Sequence record: PZ445524.1
Length of the DNA: 64,000 bases
From: a phage
Reading direction: 5' to 3' (one strand)
The notes below the pieces were generated by a model. The model worked only from the letters and a program-made list of their open reading frames with translations, had not been told where the DNA came from and searched no databases. The position numbers and the translations under genes were made by a program. Below, piece after piece: positions 10,043-19,719 of the stretch (position 1 is its first letter; the number at the start of each line of letters is the position of its first letter).

Positions 10043-10254
10043 AAAAGATTCCTTTTAATGTATCTTTTAGACCATTCTATCATATCATCATAATCTAAAA
10101 AGTATTCATCAAATTCAGCCATGCAAACAACACCTTGTGCTGTTTTTGATGTAATATAAATTATTCCAACATATCTAGAATCTTCTTCGATATAATCAAT
10201 ATTTGCTATGAATTCATCATTAATGTCAAATGTCGAAAACTTCACAGTATGCAT
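10039..10254 (-). CDS. Hypothetical small protein (46.1 position)
   Basis: Track ORF 10039-10302; likely start is the in-frame ATG at 10252-10254 (MHTVKF...), limiting overlap with the upstream ORF. Confidence 0.4.
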   Translation of the reverse strand: MHTVKFSTFDINDEFIANIDYIEEDSRYVGIIYITSKTAQGVVCMAEFDEYFLDYDDMIEWSKRYIKRNLL

Positions 10255-10489
10255 CCTTAATACAAGATACAGCCATATCTTGTAGTGATTTAGGTGTGTC
10301 ATTATCTAAAATGTTGAAGTTAAAAGATACAGCCCAGTCAGTGCAGACTGTAACCTTTTTAATACAATTATCTTCAACTTCTAGCGGTTCAAACCAGTAT
10401 TCAATAATTTCTTTATGCCCAATATCATCTTTTACTTCGCATTCAAAATGCTGACTCATCATAACATTTTTAAATTCATCAAAAGTCAT
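10226..10489 (-). CDS. Hypothetical small protein (46.2 position)
   Basis: 87-aa ORF between 47 and 46. Confidence 0.45.
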   Translation of the reverse strand: MTFDEFKNVMMSQHFECEVKDDIGHKEIIEYWFEPLEVEDNCIKKVTVCTDWAVSFNFNILDNDTPKSLQDMAVSCIKDAYCEVFDI

Positions 10490-11505
10490 TGTGTTGCCTC
10501 TACATATAGCTGATTTGCATATTGAATAAGTGCTTCACGGTCAGAATCAGTGATGTCTGGAATTGCATTAATATACTCTTCCATTAATGTCTGAAGCGAT
10601 TGAACTTCAACTTCTTCACTGTCATCTGACTCGACAGAGTTATCAATCTTTGACACAACTCGTAACGAATGCACAACTTTTTCTAGTTCAGATTCGAACT
10701 TCGTCAGATTTTTGTCTACTTCAGTTACTATAACACGTACTGATAGATTTGTAAAATCTTTATAGTCAATTTTTCCTTTAAATGGATAATGAATTCTACG
10801 ATGCCAGGTAGTATTGTTTGGAATAAATTCCATTCGTTCTGTTTCTGTATCAAACATCCAGAACCCACGAGGGTCATTCTCGTCACCTGCAGTTAGTGTC
10901 CATGGTGTCCCAATATATCTGACGTTTGCAGCCTCAGAAATAGTATGGAAGTGACCAGACCACACTTCTTTATAAGTCTTAAGGAAATCAGGTTCAAGAC
11001 CGTGAGATTTCATTCCTTTATAAAAATAAAATCCATTCAGTTCCCAGTGACCAACACAAAAAGAAGCAGATGAAGTTTTGATGTGCTCAAGAATTTCACC
11101 AGTATTTTCTTCGCACATCCAAGGAATCAAATCAATCAAACATCCGTCAAAATCTACTGTAGTAGGCTTATCATATACTTTAACATTAGGATATTTAGCC
11201 AAAAGCTCAGTAGAAGCATTTGGAGTTAAAGTATTTTTAAAGTGCATATCATGGTTTCCTACAACAGTATGCAGGGTAATACCAGCATCATCAAGCATTT
11301 GAACTATTTCACGAGCAAACTCCATAGTTTTATGCGTGATTGCTTTTCGCACATCAAAAATATCGCCGTATTGAATCCAGGTAGTAATTCCATTTTTCTT
11401 AGAATATTCTATCGCTTGCTTAATTCCATCCAACTGAATGGATTGAACCCACTCATCATCGGCTTTAACGCCTAAATGCCAATCACCTAAATTTAAAATT
11501 TTCAT
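10486..11505 (-). CDS. 47: Recombination endonuclease subunit gp47 (Mre11/SbcD-like)
   Basis: 339-aa ORF; calcineurin-like phosphoesterase motifs (GDWH, GNHD); same length as T4 gp47. Confidence 0.95.
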   Translation of the reverse strand: MKILNLGDWHLGVKADDEWVQSIQLDGIKQAIEYSKKNGITTWIQYGDIFDVRKAITHKTMEFAREIVQMLDDAGITLHTVVGNHDMHFKNTLTPNASTELLAKYPNVKVYDKPTTVDFDGCLIDLIPWMCEENTGEILEHIKTSSASFCVGHWELNGFYFYKGMKSHGLEPDFLKTYKEVWSGHFHTISEAANVRYIGTPWTLTAGDENDPRGFWMFDTETERMEFIPNNTTWHRRIHYPFKGKIDYKDFTNLSVRVIVTEVDKNLTKFESELEKVVHSLRVVSKIDNSVESDDSEEVEVQSLQTLMEEYINAIPDITDSDREALIQYANQLYVEATQ

Positions 11506-11666
11506 ATATCAAGAACCGTCATTGAAATGCAAAATAAAATTATTGAAATAAATCCATCTGGAGTGCTAAAGAACCCAATCCAACATGCTCTAGTGAATAG
11601 ATAAAATGCAAGAAAAAGTATCACATATCCAAGAAATATCATTATATCAAACTCCGTATAAAGCTA

Positions 11667-11683
11667 AAGGGCCGAAGCCCTTT
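11667..11683 (-). terminator. Hairpin aagggc-cgaa-gccctt overlapping the agt stop
   Basis: mRNA UAA then AGGGCUUCGGCCCUU then U-rich sequence. Confidence 0.45.
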
Positions 11684-12884
11684 ATTTTGTAATAATGTCA
11701 AACTGTTCTTTAAAGCAGAAGCTTGAATCTTGATGCTGATACAAAAATTCATATGCTTTTTCTCGCTCACGGTCATAAAGAGCTCGGTCAGATGACAGTT
11801 CTTTAATACGTTCAAATGTTGATTCCATGTCATTTTCATCAAACCAAATGATACCGCTATCATGCGAGGTCAAAGGAGTATTATCAACACGGAATTTTAA
11901 ATTTTCGCCAGTAGATTTCCAGAAAACAGGAATTGTACCGCAAGCACCTAATTCAAGATGAGTATATTCGAGTGAGCGTTGTAAGTATTTCTGGTTAAGT
12001 TTACTCAACTGATATCCAAAGCCAGATTTACTCATTCGTTCAAGCATTTCACTATTAATATAACAATCTAGGATTTGTGCCGGTTGATTCGGCGCGAGAT
12101 TCATTTTATCAATCTCACGATTACCGTAATATTCATACGGAATACCTTTTTCCTTAATTGCAATAAAAGCAGGGGAACGTTCAAGACCTTCCATTACAGT
12201 GGATTTACCAGAAGGTTTTAAGAATTTTTCGTGAAAATCAAACATCTGATAAAAACCTTTCCATGTAGTCGTACGACCAATCCAACGGTTGATGTTCATG
12301 TTAATTTCAGAAACATCTTTCCAATAAGTTGACCGAACCTTCGCAATATCCATAGGAGGCTGAAAGTTATATACTGTCGGTGCTTCTTCAATATCATCAA
12401 ACAGAGAAACAGTTTCTGGATACCATTCTTTCATCAGAACTTTATTAAAATCACCATTATCAGAATGGCTAAAAATAACATCAGCTCGACGAACAGTTTC
12501 TTCTAATCCCAAATTTCGACGCAAAGAAAGAACAGAATGATCATGCTGATAAACTACAACACGAATAGAAGGTTTAATATTATCTAAAAGTTTTTTATAG
12601 TTATTAATCGTGGCTTCTTGAACGGAAGTAGCAGGAACAGAATTAATAATTAGAATATCACAATCATTAATCAGTTTAAGTGCTTTATCGTATTCTTTAG
12701 CTAAAATAACTGGAATTGAAAATGATTTGTGGTCATGAGAACTTGTACGAGTAAATGATTTATCTTTAGCATAAACCAAAGTTACTTCATGACCATTTTT
12801 AATAAACCAATCACGTTGCTCGAGTGAGAATTTTGTTACACCACAACCTTCAAGACCCCGAGCCAGAAAAATGCATACTTTCAT
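11682..12884 (-). CDS. agt: DNA alpha-glucosyltransferase
   Basis: 400-aa ORF matching T4 Agt as recalled (MKVCIFLARGLEGCGVTKF...). Confidence 0.93.
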   Translation of the reverse strand: MKVCIFLARGLEGCGVTKFSLEQRDWFIKNGHEVTLVYAKDKSFTRTSSHDHKSFSIPVILAKEYDKALKLINDCDILIINSVPATSVQEATINNYKKLLDNIKPSIRVVVYQHDHSVLSLRRNLGLEETVRRADVIFSHSDNGDFNKVLMKEWYPETVSLFDDIEEAPTVYNFQPPMDIAKVRSTYWKDVSEINMNINRWIGRTTTWKGFYQMFDFHEKFLKPSGKSTVMEGLERSPAFIAIKEKGIPYEYYGNREIDKMNLAPNQPAQILDCYINSEMLERMSKSGFGYQLSKLNQKYLQRSLEYTHLELGACGTIPVFWKSTGENLKFRVDNTPLTSHDSGIIWFDENDMESTFERIKELSSDRALYDREREKAYEFLYQHQDSSFCFKEQFDIITK

Positions 12885-12938
12885 TTAATATCCTCTTTGT
12901 TTTGGTTCATTTTACCAAAAAATTTATAAAGCAATATA

Positions 12939-12952
12939 GGAGCCGAAGCTCC
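12939..12952 (-). terminator. Hairpin ggagc-cgaa-gctcc upstream of agt
   Basis: UUCG-loop hairpin in the intergenic region before agt. Confidence 0.35.
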
Positions 12953-13128
12953 TATCCACATAATACGCCATACAGAGGCTCGTTAGAACTTTTAAATTTT
13001 ATGCGCTTATATGTTATAGTTCCTTCTGCTTTAGCTTTATCATGAGACTCTTTAAAGCGTCTCATCATTTCCTCTTTAGAGGAACGAATTTTATTATAAT
13101 CTATTTCAGAAGTCTGGGTGTTCATCTT

Positions 13129-13335
13129 TCACAGTTGCCACCATTTTTTGACTTGATAAGAATCAACCCACACTTTCATATTAGGGTCTGCTCTTACAAT
13201 AGGAGGATTAACTTCTTTAATTGAACTATTACGGTATTCTTTTTCAGAAATTTTCACACAAAGATGACCATTCAAAGATTCAGTAAATCCTGCATTAATT
13301 TTAAGACGCTTGAATTTTACGCGTGTAAGCATCAA
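13129..13335 (-). CDS. Hypothetical small protein
   Basis: 68-aa ORF between 55 and agt; overlaps the upstream ORF, start uncertain. Confidence 0.35.
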   Translation of the reverse strand: MMLTRVKFKRLKINAGFTESLNGHLCVKISEKEYRNSSIKEVNPPIVRADPNMKVWVDSYQVKKWWQL

Positions 13336-13618
13336 TCATATCCTCAATCTGCGATCTAGTAGTCTTCCAAAGAATACTAATGAGTTCATCGTTATATGGC
13401 TGTTTTAGAATATCCCGACTTTTCTTGATAGCATATTCGTATTGAGCAAAATTATTATTTTCAGCTGCAATCTGAGCGTGCTTATAAAGACGATTCAGTT
13501 CGCGTTTGTTTTTAGACAATAACTTATTTGCTTTTCTTTCTGCTTCAAGACGGTTCTTTTCTTCAATAGAAGAAATAAGCTTTTCCACTTCATCATTAAT
13601 TTCGGGTTTATCAGTCAT
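13301..13618 (-). CDS. Hypothetical protein, helical
   Basis: 105-aa ORF, charged and helical; no recognised motif. Confidence 0.5.
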   Translation of the reverse strand: MTDKPEINDEVEKLISSIEEKNRLEAERKANKLLSKNKRELNRLYKHAQIAAENNNFAQYEYAIKKSRDILKQPYNDELISILWKTTRSQIEDMIDAYTRKIQAS

Positions 13619-13619
13619 A

Positions 13620-13838
13620 TTATTTCTCTAATATAAAATAAAAATCATCATCTGTTAAATGATACCGATAGTTTAATTCTACACCATTAGATTTAAAAGC
13701 GGTATCATACGGATTTTCTGGATCAATATCAATGTCAAGAGCTAAAACTTCCCTGAGATACATTTTAAGTAAATAGGGAATAGCTTCAACTTCAGGTATT
13801 TCTTCCAAGAATCCGGAGAGGTTAATCGTTAGCCTCAT
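13620..13838 (-). CDS. Hypothetical acidic small protein
   Basis: 72-aa ORF with ATG at 13836-13838; start overlaps the 3' end of gene 55. Confidence 0.45.
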
Positions 13839-14379
13839 ATAAAAAATCCAAACTAGGAGAATCGTCTACAACACTTTTCTTTTCAGCCCCCGGTGTTCTA
13901 TAGGTTGATTCTTCGTAATGCGTCATTTTATCGTAGATGTCTTGAATAAAAGTTTCATCTACTAACGCAACCATATCGTCGTCACGACTGTCATAGACAT
14001 TGTGAACGAAGTAACTATATTTCTTTGCAACTTCCTTACGTTCTTTTTTAATACGTTGGACGAATGCATTAAAACAAGCTTGAGTTATATACGCATGTGG
14101 GTTTTTATATTTCGTTTCATCAAAATTATGAAGCCCCTTAATAGAAGCTTCTATACCATCTGCAATCATTTCTTGTTTCCAAGACTGGGTGTATCCTGAA
14201 AAGTTGAAACGTTTAGATAAGCCTTCTGCAATAAGCATAATGGCTAATCCGATAGTATCATTCTGACGAACTACTTTATTTGGGTCTTTATTATTTGCTA
14301 ATTCTGTTTTCCAATCAATAATAGCTTGTAAAAGCTCTTTATTGTTTACGTAATTATATTTAGGCTTAGTTTCTGACAT
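13822..14379 (-). CDS. 55: Late-transcription sigma factor gp55
   Basis: ATG at 14377-14379 with GAGGTG SD gives 185 aa [11 protein letters not shown]..., matching T4 gp55 as recalled. Confidence 0.92.
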
Positions 14380-14457
14380 TTTCACCTCTTAGCTCAATTC
14401 ATAGATCTATTATATCATAATATTTGAAGATCTATCTTAAAGCATAGAGGATATCAG

Positions 14458-14727
14458 TTATCTAAGTAAGCAGTATGCTTGGAACACTTTCTCCATCATC
14501 TTTTTAAATTCATGAATATCTATATAATGACTAGTTAAATCAGCATGATATAAAAAGTCTAAAAACTTTTCATGTGTGCTAACATATTCACTTTCATTTA
14601 ATTCAGAAACATGACTTTCCCAATATCCAACACCAGTCTTATTTGGGAAAAATGAAATTTTCATGTATTGGTCAACATAGAAAATGCCATAATTTTCAAT
14701 AGTAATAGAAATATTAATAAATTTCAT
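14458..14727 (-). CDS. Hypothetical protein
   Basis: 89-aa ORF in the block between 55 and nrdH (T4 55.x positions). Confidence 0.45.
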   Translation of the reverse strand: MKFINISITIENYGIFYVDQYMKISFFPNKTGVGYWESHVSELNESEYVSTHEKFLDFLYHADLTSHYIDIHEFKKMMEKVFQAYCLLR

Positions 14728-14945
14728 ACATTCATCAACTTAGCCGCTTCAAGAGCTGCATCTAGTGAATCAAATTGATCGACATATTCAATCAGTTCGC
14801 CGTAATTAGCATATAACCACCATTGGCTAAATTCATACTCAAGGATGAATCCGTTTCCTTCAATTTGAGTTAAACCAATGCCATTTGTATTTACTTCATA
14901 TCCAGCAAGACGCAAATCGTTAATAAGAGCTTCGTTCATATTCAT
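14724..14945 (-). CDS. Hypothetical protein
   Basis: 73-aa ORF, start overlaps upstream stop. Confidence 0.45.
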   Translation of the reverse strand: MNMNEALINDLRLAGYEVNTNGIGLTQIEGNGFILEYEFSQWWLYANYGELIEYVDQFDSLDAALEAAKLMNV

Positions 14946-15268
14946 ACCTTAGTAATTTTCAGGTCTGCAAATTTTTTCTTGCGTTGATTTTTCATGCGAC
15001 GAATAGTTTTATCGGAAATTTCATGCTTTTGATAAGCTTTAGATTCTACACCAAAAGCTTTAACATCAAATTCTGACAAGATATATTGAACCAACAATTC
15101 ACGGACAGTATTGCGTCCAATCTTCTGATCATTCTGTTTCATCGTCTGATGAAGCTCTTTTTCCCATTTATCCAAAATTTGAGGAGTTACAATATCGCCT
15201 TTTTCTAGCAAAGAAACTACTTTATCATATGCGTAAGAATTAATGACGTTTTTAATTTGAATAGTCAT
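14942..15268 (-). CDS. Hypothetical protein
   Basis: 108-aa ORF with a basic C-terminal tail. Confidence 0.5.
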   Translation of the reverse strand: MTIQIKNVINSYAYDKVVSLLEKGDIVTPQILDKWEKELHQTMKQNDQKIGRNTVRELLVQYILSEFDVKAFGVESKAYQKHEISDKTIRRMKNQRKKKFADLKITKV

Positions 15269-15308
15269 ACATTATCCTCAATTACGTTAAAATTTTATCA
15301 TCCAAAAA

Positions 15309-15320
15309 GGGCCGAAGCCC
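15309..15320 (-). terminator. Hairpin gggc-cgaa-gccc after the 66-aa ORF
   Basis: mRNA GGGCUUCGGCCC directly after the stop codon. Confidence 0.4.
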
Positions 15321-15521
15321 TTAGCTAAACTTTTTGGCACCCTTCCAGCCTTCGTACATCATTGCGGCTGATATTAATATTGCTCCTGAGCAACTTGAAT
15401 ATTTGTGGTTCCAAAACCAATTCAGAAAAACTTCGTCATCAATACCTTGGGCTATCATATTTTCAAAGAACTGACGACGAGCTTCGGCAATTCGCTGCGA
15501 TAATTTAGATTCAGGATTCAT
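15321..15521 (-). CDS. Hypothetical small protein
   Basis: 66-aa ORF. Confidence 0.45.
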   Translation of the reverse strand: MNPESKLSQRIAEARRQFFENMIAQGIDDEVFLNWFWNHKYSSCSGAILISAAMMYEGWKGAKKFS

Positions 15522-15653
15522 TTAAATTTCCCAATTACCATTTTCATCAATAAATTTAATCCAGTCATTTACTGACCACTTAGTTGTATCGCCTTTTGGA
15601 GTAACATTTAAAGTATATAGTCCTTGCTTAAAAAGCATTCGTTTGATATTCAT
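15522..15653 (-). CDS. Hypothetical small protein (43 aa)
   Basis: Track ORF 15522-15737 overlaps the upstream gene; in-frame ATG at 15651-15653 (MNIKRMLF...) avoids the overlap. Confidence 0.3.
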   Translation of the reverse strand: MNIKRMLFKQGLYTLNVTPKGDTTKWSVNDWIKFIDENGNWEI

Positions 15654-15660
15654 ATTTTCC

Positions 15661-15954
15661 TCAGCTATAACGATAACACTCGTTTGATTTACGCTTAGCA
15701 ACCCGTTGAGAAGTATTATAATCAAAATCATCGTCAATGTAAACTGATTTTTTCAACTTTCTTACTTCACCGCGTAATTGACGATTTAACTCATCTTTAA
15801 CTTCTGAATCAATGCCTTTCATTCTACGCCATTTATCTGAGCGAAAAATGTTTTCAACCATATCTTTATGACTTACCCCATCAGGAGCTTTACGCTTTCC
15901 GAAATAGTCATAATCACGAACTTTCAAGTCTTTACGACGATACGTTTTACCCAT
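15661..15954 (-). CDS. Highly basic small protein
   Basis: Start moved to ATG 15952-15954 (MGKTYRRKDLKV...); 97 aa, very Lys/Arg rich. Confidence 0.45.
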   Translation of the reverse strand: MGKTYRRKDLKVRDYDYFGKRKAPDGVSHKDMVENIFRSDKWRRMKGIDSEVKDELNRQLRGEVRKLKKSVYIDDDFDYNTSQRVAKRKSNECYRYS

Positions 15955-16123
15955 GGAGTTTAATTTCCTTAGCAACTGAACTAAATACAGCACGATCACA
16001 AACCATGCGTTTGTTCCATTTAATCACAGTATAATGAACATCTAGATCATCGACTGCTGTAACAATAACGATATGTCCGTTAACACGATAATACTGATCA
16101 ATTTTAATCTCTTTATCAACCAT
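15947..16123 (-). CDS. Hypothetical small protein (58 aa)
   Basis: Found by hand, below the track cutoff: ATG 16121-16123 gives MVDKEIKIDQYYRVNGHIVIV...; stop overlaps the next ATG. Confidence 0.3.
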   Translation of the reverse strand: MVDKEIKIDQYYRVNGHIVIVTAVDDLDVHYTVIKWNKRMVCDRAVFSSVAKEIKLHG

Positions 16124-16151
16124 ATCAATTCCTCAAAGGCAATTCATGTGT

Positions 16152-16185
16152 TAATAATACCACAGTTTGAGCTCGTTGTAAACAA
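16152..16185 (-). promoter_or_regulatory. T4-type early promoter
   Basis: Minus strand GTTTAC, 18-nt spacer, TGGTATTAT. Confidence 0.45.
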
Positions 16186-16264
16186 CTTTGTGAAAATTAT
16201 TTTAGGGAATGATAAGAAGGGAACGATAGCTTAGAATGGTAATATACAGAATGTGAGAAAGAAA

Positions 16265-16277
16265 GGCCCAGAGGGCC
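16265..16277 (-). terminator. Hairpin ggccc-aga-gggcc after nrdH-like gene
   Basis: GC-rich inverted repeat directly after the stop. Confidence 0.35.
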
Positions 16278-16281
16278 CGTC

Positions 16282-16590
16282 TTAATCTTCTATGATATCT
16301 CTATCATATCCAAGTGAAATGAGAGTTTCTTTGAAGTGTTTAATGTTCTTTTGTCTAGAATCATTAATGAAAATGACTGGATAACGAATGTTAAGAGATG
16401 TGAATCCAGCGCGTTTAGCAAGAGATACAATCAGTGGACGATCATACTCAATCTTACCATTATTTGTAAGAACTTTATAGAAAGTAAAAGGAGCATTGAG
16501 CTCCTTTAGAAGTTTTGTAACTGATTGACATCCAGGACAACGACCTACTTCATCTGGAATTCCATAGACTTCAATCTTATTTTGTTTCAC
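16282..16590 (-). CDS. nrdH: Glutaredoxin/thioredoxin-like redox protein (NrdH-like)
   Basis: 102 aa with CPGC redox motif; GTG start at 16588-16590 with AAGGAA SD; T4 nrdH position. Confidence 0.65.
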   Translation of the reverse strand: MKQNKIEVYGIPDEVGRCPGCQSVTKLLKELNAPFTFYKVLTNNGKIEYDRPLIVSLAKRAGFTSLNIRYPVIFINDSRQKNIKHFKETLISLGYDRDIIED

Positions 16591-16592
16591 AA

Positions 16593-16805
16593 CTATTCCT
16601 TACTAAGAGCAGCATTCAGCTTGTTAGTAATTTTATCCAGACGCTCATTGAACTCACTAGAAGATAAGCCCTTTTCTGGAGAAATCAAACTAATCACGAA
16701 AAATATAGCAATAAAAGGAATAAGGAAAATAGCTCCAACTGCCATAAACAGAAAGAATGTTACAGTTGTAAGAAAATCAGCTAAACCTTTACGAAATTTA
16801 TACAT
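16593..16805 (-). CDS. Small membrane protein
   Basis: 70 aa with one long hydrophobic segment. Confidence 0.5.
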   Translation of the reverse strand: MYKFRKGLADFLTTVTFFLFMAVGAIFLIPFIAIFFVISLISPEKGLSSSEFNERLDKITNKLNAALSKE

Positions 16806-16923
16806 TTACCTTTACCTTTAATTAATTAACCAAGCATTGATAAGCACTAAACTATACTGGGAATAAAATTCTGGACCAAAATGAAAAATCATATCATTTA
16901 TAGTATCCATAATATAATTCAAT

Positions 16924-17394
16924 TTAATCATGTTTCCACACCCCATCGGTATTTGACCAAAGCCGCTGATTATCTGATCCTCGCCACAGCTTTTTAGTCG
17001 GAAGATTTTTCTCATACTTCCCATCAATAATAACATCAACATATTTAAGCATTTCTAGTTGTTTAATATCTTCAAACTTATATCCAGTCCACAACCAAAT
17101 GCTTTTATTGGGATAAAGATTTTTTACTGTTTGAACAATGCAATGAATAACATCTCGGTTATCAGGATAGAGAGGGTCACCTCCGGTTATAGTCAATCCT
17201 TCTATATAATCATTATTCAAACATTCAATTAATTGTTCTAGTGTTTCACCAGTGAATGGAACGCCATTTCTAGCATTCCATGTTGATTTATTATAACACC
17301 CTTCACATTTATGCAAACAGCCTGTAACGAAAAGAACGGTCCTGCAGCCAGGACCATTAATAAAATCGCAAGGATAAAATCTATCATAATTCAT
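16924..17394 (-). CDS. nrdG: Anaerobic ribonucleotide reductase activating protein NrdG (radical SAM)
   Basis: 156 aa with a radical-SAM-type cysteine cluster (CLHKCEGC); same length as T4 NrdG. Confidence 0.93.
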   Translation of the reverse strand: MNYDRFYPCDFINGPGCRTVLFVTGCLHKCEGCYNKSTWNARNGVPFTGETLEQLIECLNNDYIEGLTITGGDPLYPDNRDVIHCIVQTVKNLYPNKSIWLWTGYKFEDIKQLEMLKYVDVIIDGKYEKNLPTKKLWRGSDNQRLWSNTDGVWKHD

Positions 17395-19208
17395 TGGTGT
17401 TTAACCCTATGCATGATTTCTTTATTTTTGCCGAGATTAAATCCGCGTTCGTTCGGATTTCCCAAATAACCACACGTTCTTCTTATTGTGTTCATCTTTT
17501 TAGGATCAGTTTCTCCACAAATAGAACAAACAAATCCGTTTTCAGTAGGAGTCATTTCATGGGTACTTCCACATGTAAAACATTTATCTACTGGCATATT
17601 AACACCAAAATAATCTAAATGTTGTGCAGCATAATCCCACACGGCCTCAAGACCTTTCAAGTTATTTTTCATATCAGGAAGTTCAACATAAGAAATGTGA
17701 CCACCTGTCGCAATGAAATGATATGGCGCTTCACGAGAAATCTTTTCAAACGGAGTAATATTTTCTTCTACTGAAACATGGAAACTGTTAGTGTACCAAC
17801 CTTTATCGGTAACATCTTTTACGCTTCCATATTTTTCTGTATCGAGTTTACAGAAGCGATAACAAAGGTTTTCAGCAGGAGTCGAATATAAACTAAAAGC
17901 AAATCCAGTTCTTTCAGTCCACTGTTTAAGACGAGCATTCATTTTAGTTAAAATTTCTCGTCCAATATCACGACCGGCAAGAATATTCAATTCGTGAATA
18001 CCAATGTATCCTAAAGACACTGAACTTCTACCGTTTTTAAATAACTCAATTATGTCGTCATCAGGTTTAAGACGAACCCCGAATGCACCTTCTTGGTAAA
18101 GAATAGGAGCAACAGTAGCTTTAACTCCTTTTAAGGAACTAATTCTACACATCAAAGCTTCAAAACATAAATCCATTCGTTCATTAAATAGCTCAACAAA
18201 TTTCTGTTCATTGAACTGTGTTCCAATATAAGAATCTAACGCGATGCGAGGAAGATTCAGTGTTACAACACCAAGATTATTACGTCCATCAAGAATTTCA
18301 TTACCAGTCGAATCTTTCCATACGCTCAAGAAACTACGGCATCCCATCGGAGAAACAGGAACAGATGAACCAGTGATAGCTTTATTGTTCTTAGCTGAAA
18401 TAATATCAGGATACATCCTTTTGCTTGCACACTCTAGAGCAAGCTGCTTAATATCATAGTTCGGATCATCTTTATAAAGATTAACACCTTCTTCGACGAA
18501 CATAACAAGCTTAGGGAAAATAGGAGTTATCCCATCACGACCAAGACCTTTAATACGATTTTTCAGAATTGCTTTCTGAATCATTCGTTCAGTCCAGTCA
18601 GTTCCCGTACCAAATGTAATTGTTACAAAAGGTGTTTGCCCGTTTGAACTAAAGAGAGTATTTACTTCATATTCATAAGCTTGGAATGCATCGTATACGT
18701 CTTTTTCTGTTTTAGATTGAGCATAATTCAACGCATCAGCGATTTGCCATTTTTCTGCATCTTCAATATGTTTTGCATAGGTGCGTTTAACATAAGGAGA
18801 AAGTACTTTATCTACATTCGCAAAAGTCGTTCCGCCGTATTGGTGAGAAGCAACCTGTGCAGTAATTTGTGCCATAATTGCAGTAGCAACACCGATTGAT
18901 TTAGGAGTTTCAATCTGCGCATTACCAAGCTTAAATCCGTTCTCAAGCATTCCTTTTAAATCTACTAAACAGCAATTAGTAAATGGAAGAGCAGGGGAAT
19001 AATCAATATCATGGAAATGAATAATTCCGCTTTCATGCGCTTTCATAATAAAAGACGGGACCATATTTTTGGCAATGTGTTTAGACACAATACCAGCCAT
19101 AAGGTCCCGTTGAGTTGGAAAAACACGAGAATCTTTATTAGCATTCTCGTTTAAAAGGTCTTTATTAGTTTTATGAATCAATCCTTCAATTTCTTTTTCA
19201 ATTGTCAT
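17391..19208 (-). CDS. nrdD: Anaerobic ribonucleoside-triphosphate reductase NrdD, uninterrupted
   Basis: 605-aa continuous ORF; C-terminal glycyl-radical region (RRTCGYLGNP) and zinc-ribbon cysteines. Confidence 0.95.
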   Translation of the reverse strand: MTIEKEIEGLIHKTNKDLLNENANKDSRVFPTQRDLMAGIVSKHIAKNMVPSFIMKAHESGIIHFHDIDYSPALPFTNCCLVDLKGMLENGFKLGNAQIETPKSIGVATAIMAQITAQVASHQYGGTTFANVDKVLSPYVKRTYAKHIEDAEKWQIADALNYAQSKTEKDVYDAFQAYEYEVNTLFSSNGQTPFVTITFGTGTDWTERMIQKAILKNRIKGLGRDGITPIFPKLVMFVEEGVNLYKDDPNYDIKQLALECASKRMYPDIISAKNNKAITGSSVPVSPMGCRSFLSVWKDSTGNEILDGRNNLGVVTLNLPRIALDSYIGTQFNEQKFVELFNERMDLCFEALMCRISSLKGVKATVAPILYQEGAFGVRLKPDDDIIELFKNGRSSVSLGYIGIHELNILAGRDIGREILTKMNARLKQWTERTGFAFSLYSTPAENLCYRFCKLDTEKYGSVKDVTDKGWYTNSFHVSVEENITPFEKISREAPYHFIATGGHISYVELPDMKNNLKGLEAVWDYAAQHLDYFGVNMPVDKCFTCGSTHEMTPTENGFVCSICGETDPKKMNTIRRTCGYLGNPNERGFNLGKNKEIMHRVKHQ

Positions 19209-19678
19209 TTTAAACTCTTTCTAAGCTGCTTCTTGAATGAAGCTATTAATTGTGTTTTGGTGTCAGATTCATTATATTCAAATCCTCTTTGAAGCATCTC
19301 GGCCATCATTTCCTCTTTTCCTAAACGAGAAAATTCCTTTGATTTATCTCCAACAAAGTTAGGGTGAATATTATTTTGGGTGTAATCGGATTTTAAATAA
19401 GTAAGTAAATTTTCTAACCATTCAAGATAATCAACACCTTGTCCCTTTAAGCCAGAACGATTAAATTTATGCTTCATTTGACCTTCTGCGGCATTGCATA
19501 GATTACAAAGCAATCCACGTACCTTTCCTGCTTTTGGTCCATTTAATTCATGGTCATGATCGAGGTGATTAGCTTGAACATCAGGATTTAGTTCTCGTTG
19601 GCAAATTAAGCATTTACCGTTTTGTGCATCATAAAATTTCTGTTTTTCTTCTTTATATAATTTGCCAGTCAATAACAT
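19205..19678 (-). CDS. 49: Endonuclease VII (gp49), Holliday-junction resolvase
   Basis: 157 aa with CxxC zinc-binding cysteines and DHDH motif; stop overlaps nrdD start. Confidence 0.9.
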   Translation of the reverse strand: MLLTGKLYKEEKQKFYDAQNGKCLICQRELNPDVQANHLDHDHELNGPKAGKVRGLLCNLCNAAEGQMKHKFNRSGLKGQGVDYLEWLENLLTYLKSDYTQNNIHPNFVGDKSKEFSRLGKEEMMAEMLQRGFEYNESDTKTQLIASFKKQLRKSLK

Positions 19679-19719
19679 AATAAACCCTTACCTTAAATAG
19701 ATAAGGGTATTTATTATTT

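Noticed and set aside
10230-13224. Plus-strand ORFs 10230-10454, 11078-11302, 11242-11475, 12824-13045, 13042-13224 and minus-strand 11642-11863
   Set aside because: Antisense or alternate-frame overlaps of gene 47, agt and neighbouring small genes; no promoter or RBS support on the plus strand in this early region.
16525-19000. ORFs 16525-16821 (+), 16818-17042 (-), 17394-17618 (+), 18244-18459 (+), 18681-18899 (+)
   Set aside because: Overlap nrdH, nrdG or nrdD in other frames. 16818-17042 could hide a ~30-aa peptide after the nrdG stop, but support is too weak to report.
17391-19208. Looked for a group I intron with homing endonuclease in nrdD
   Set aside because: The ORF is continuous at 605 aa with no internal stop or insertion, so no intron is present here.
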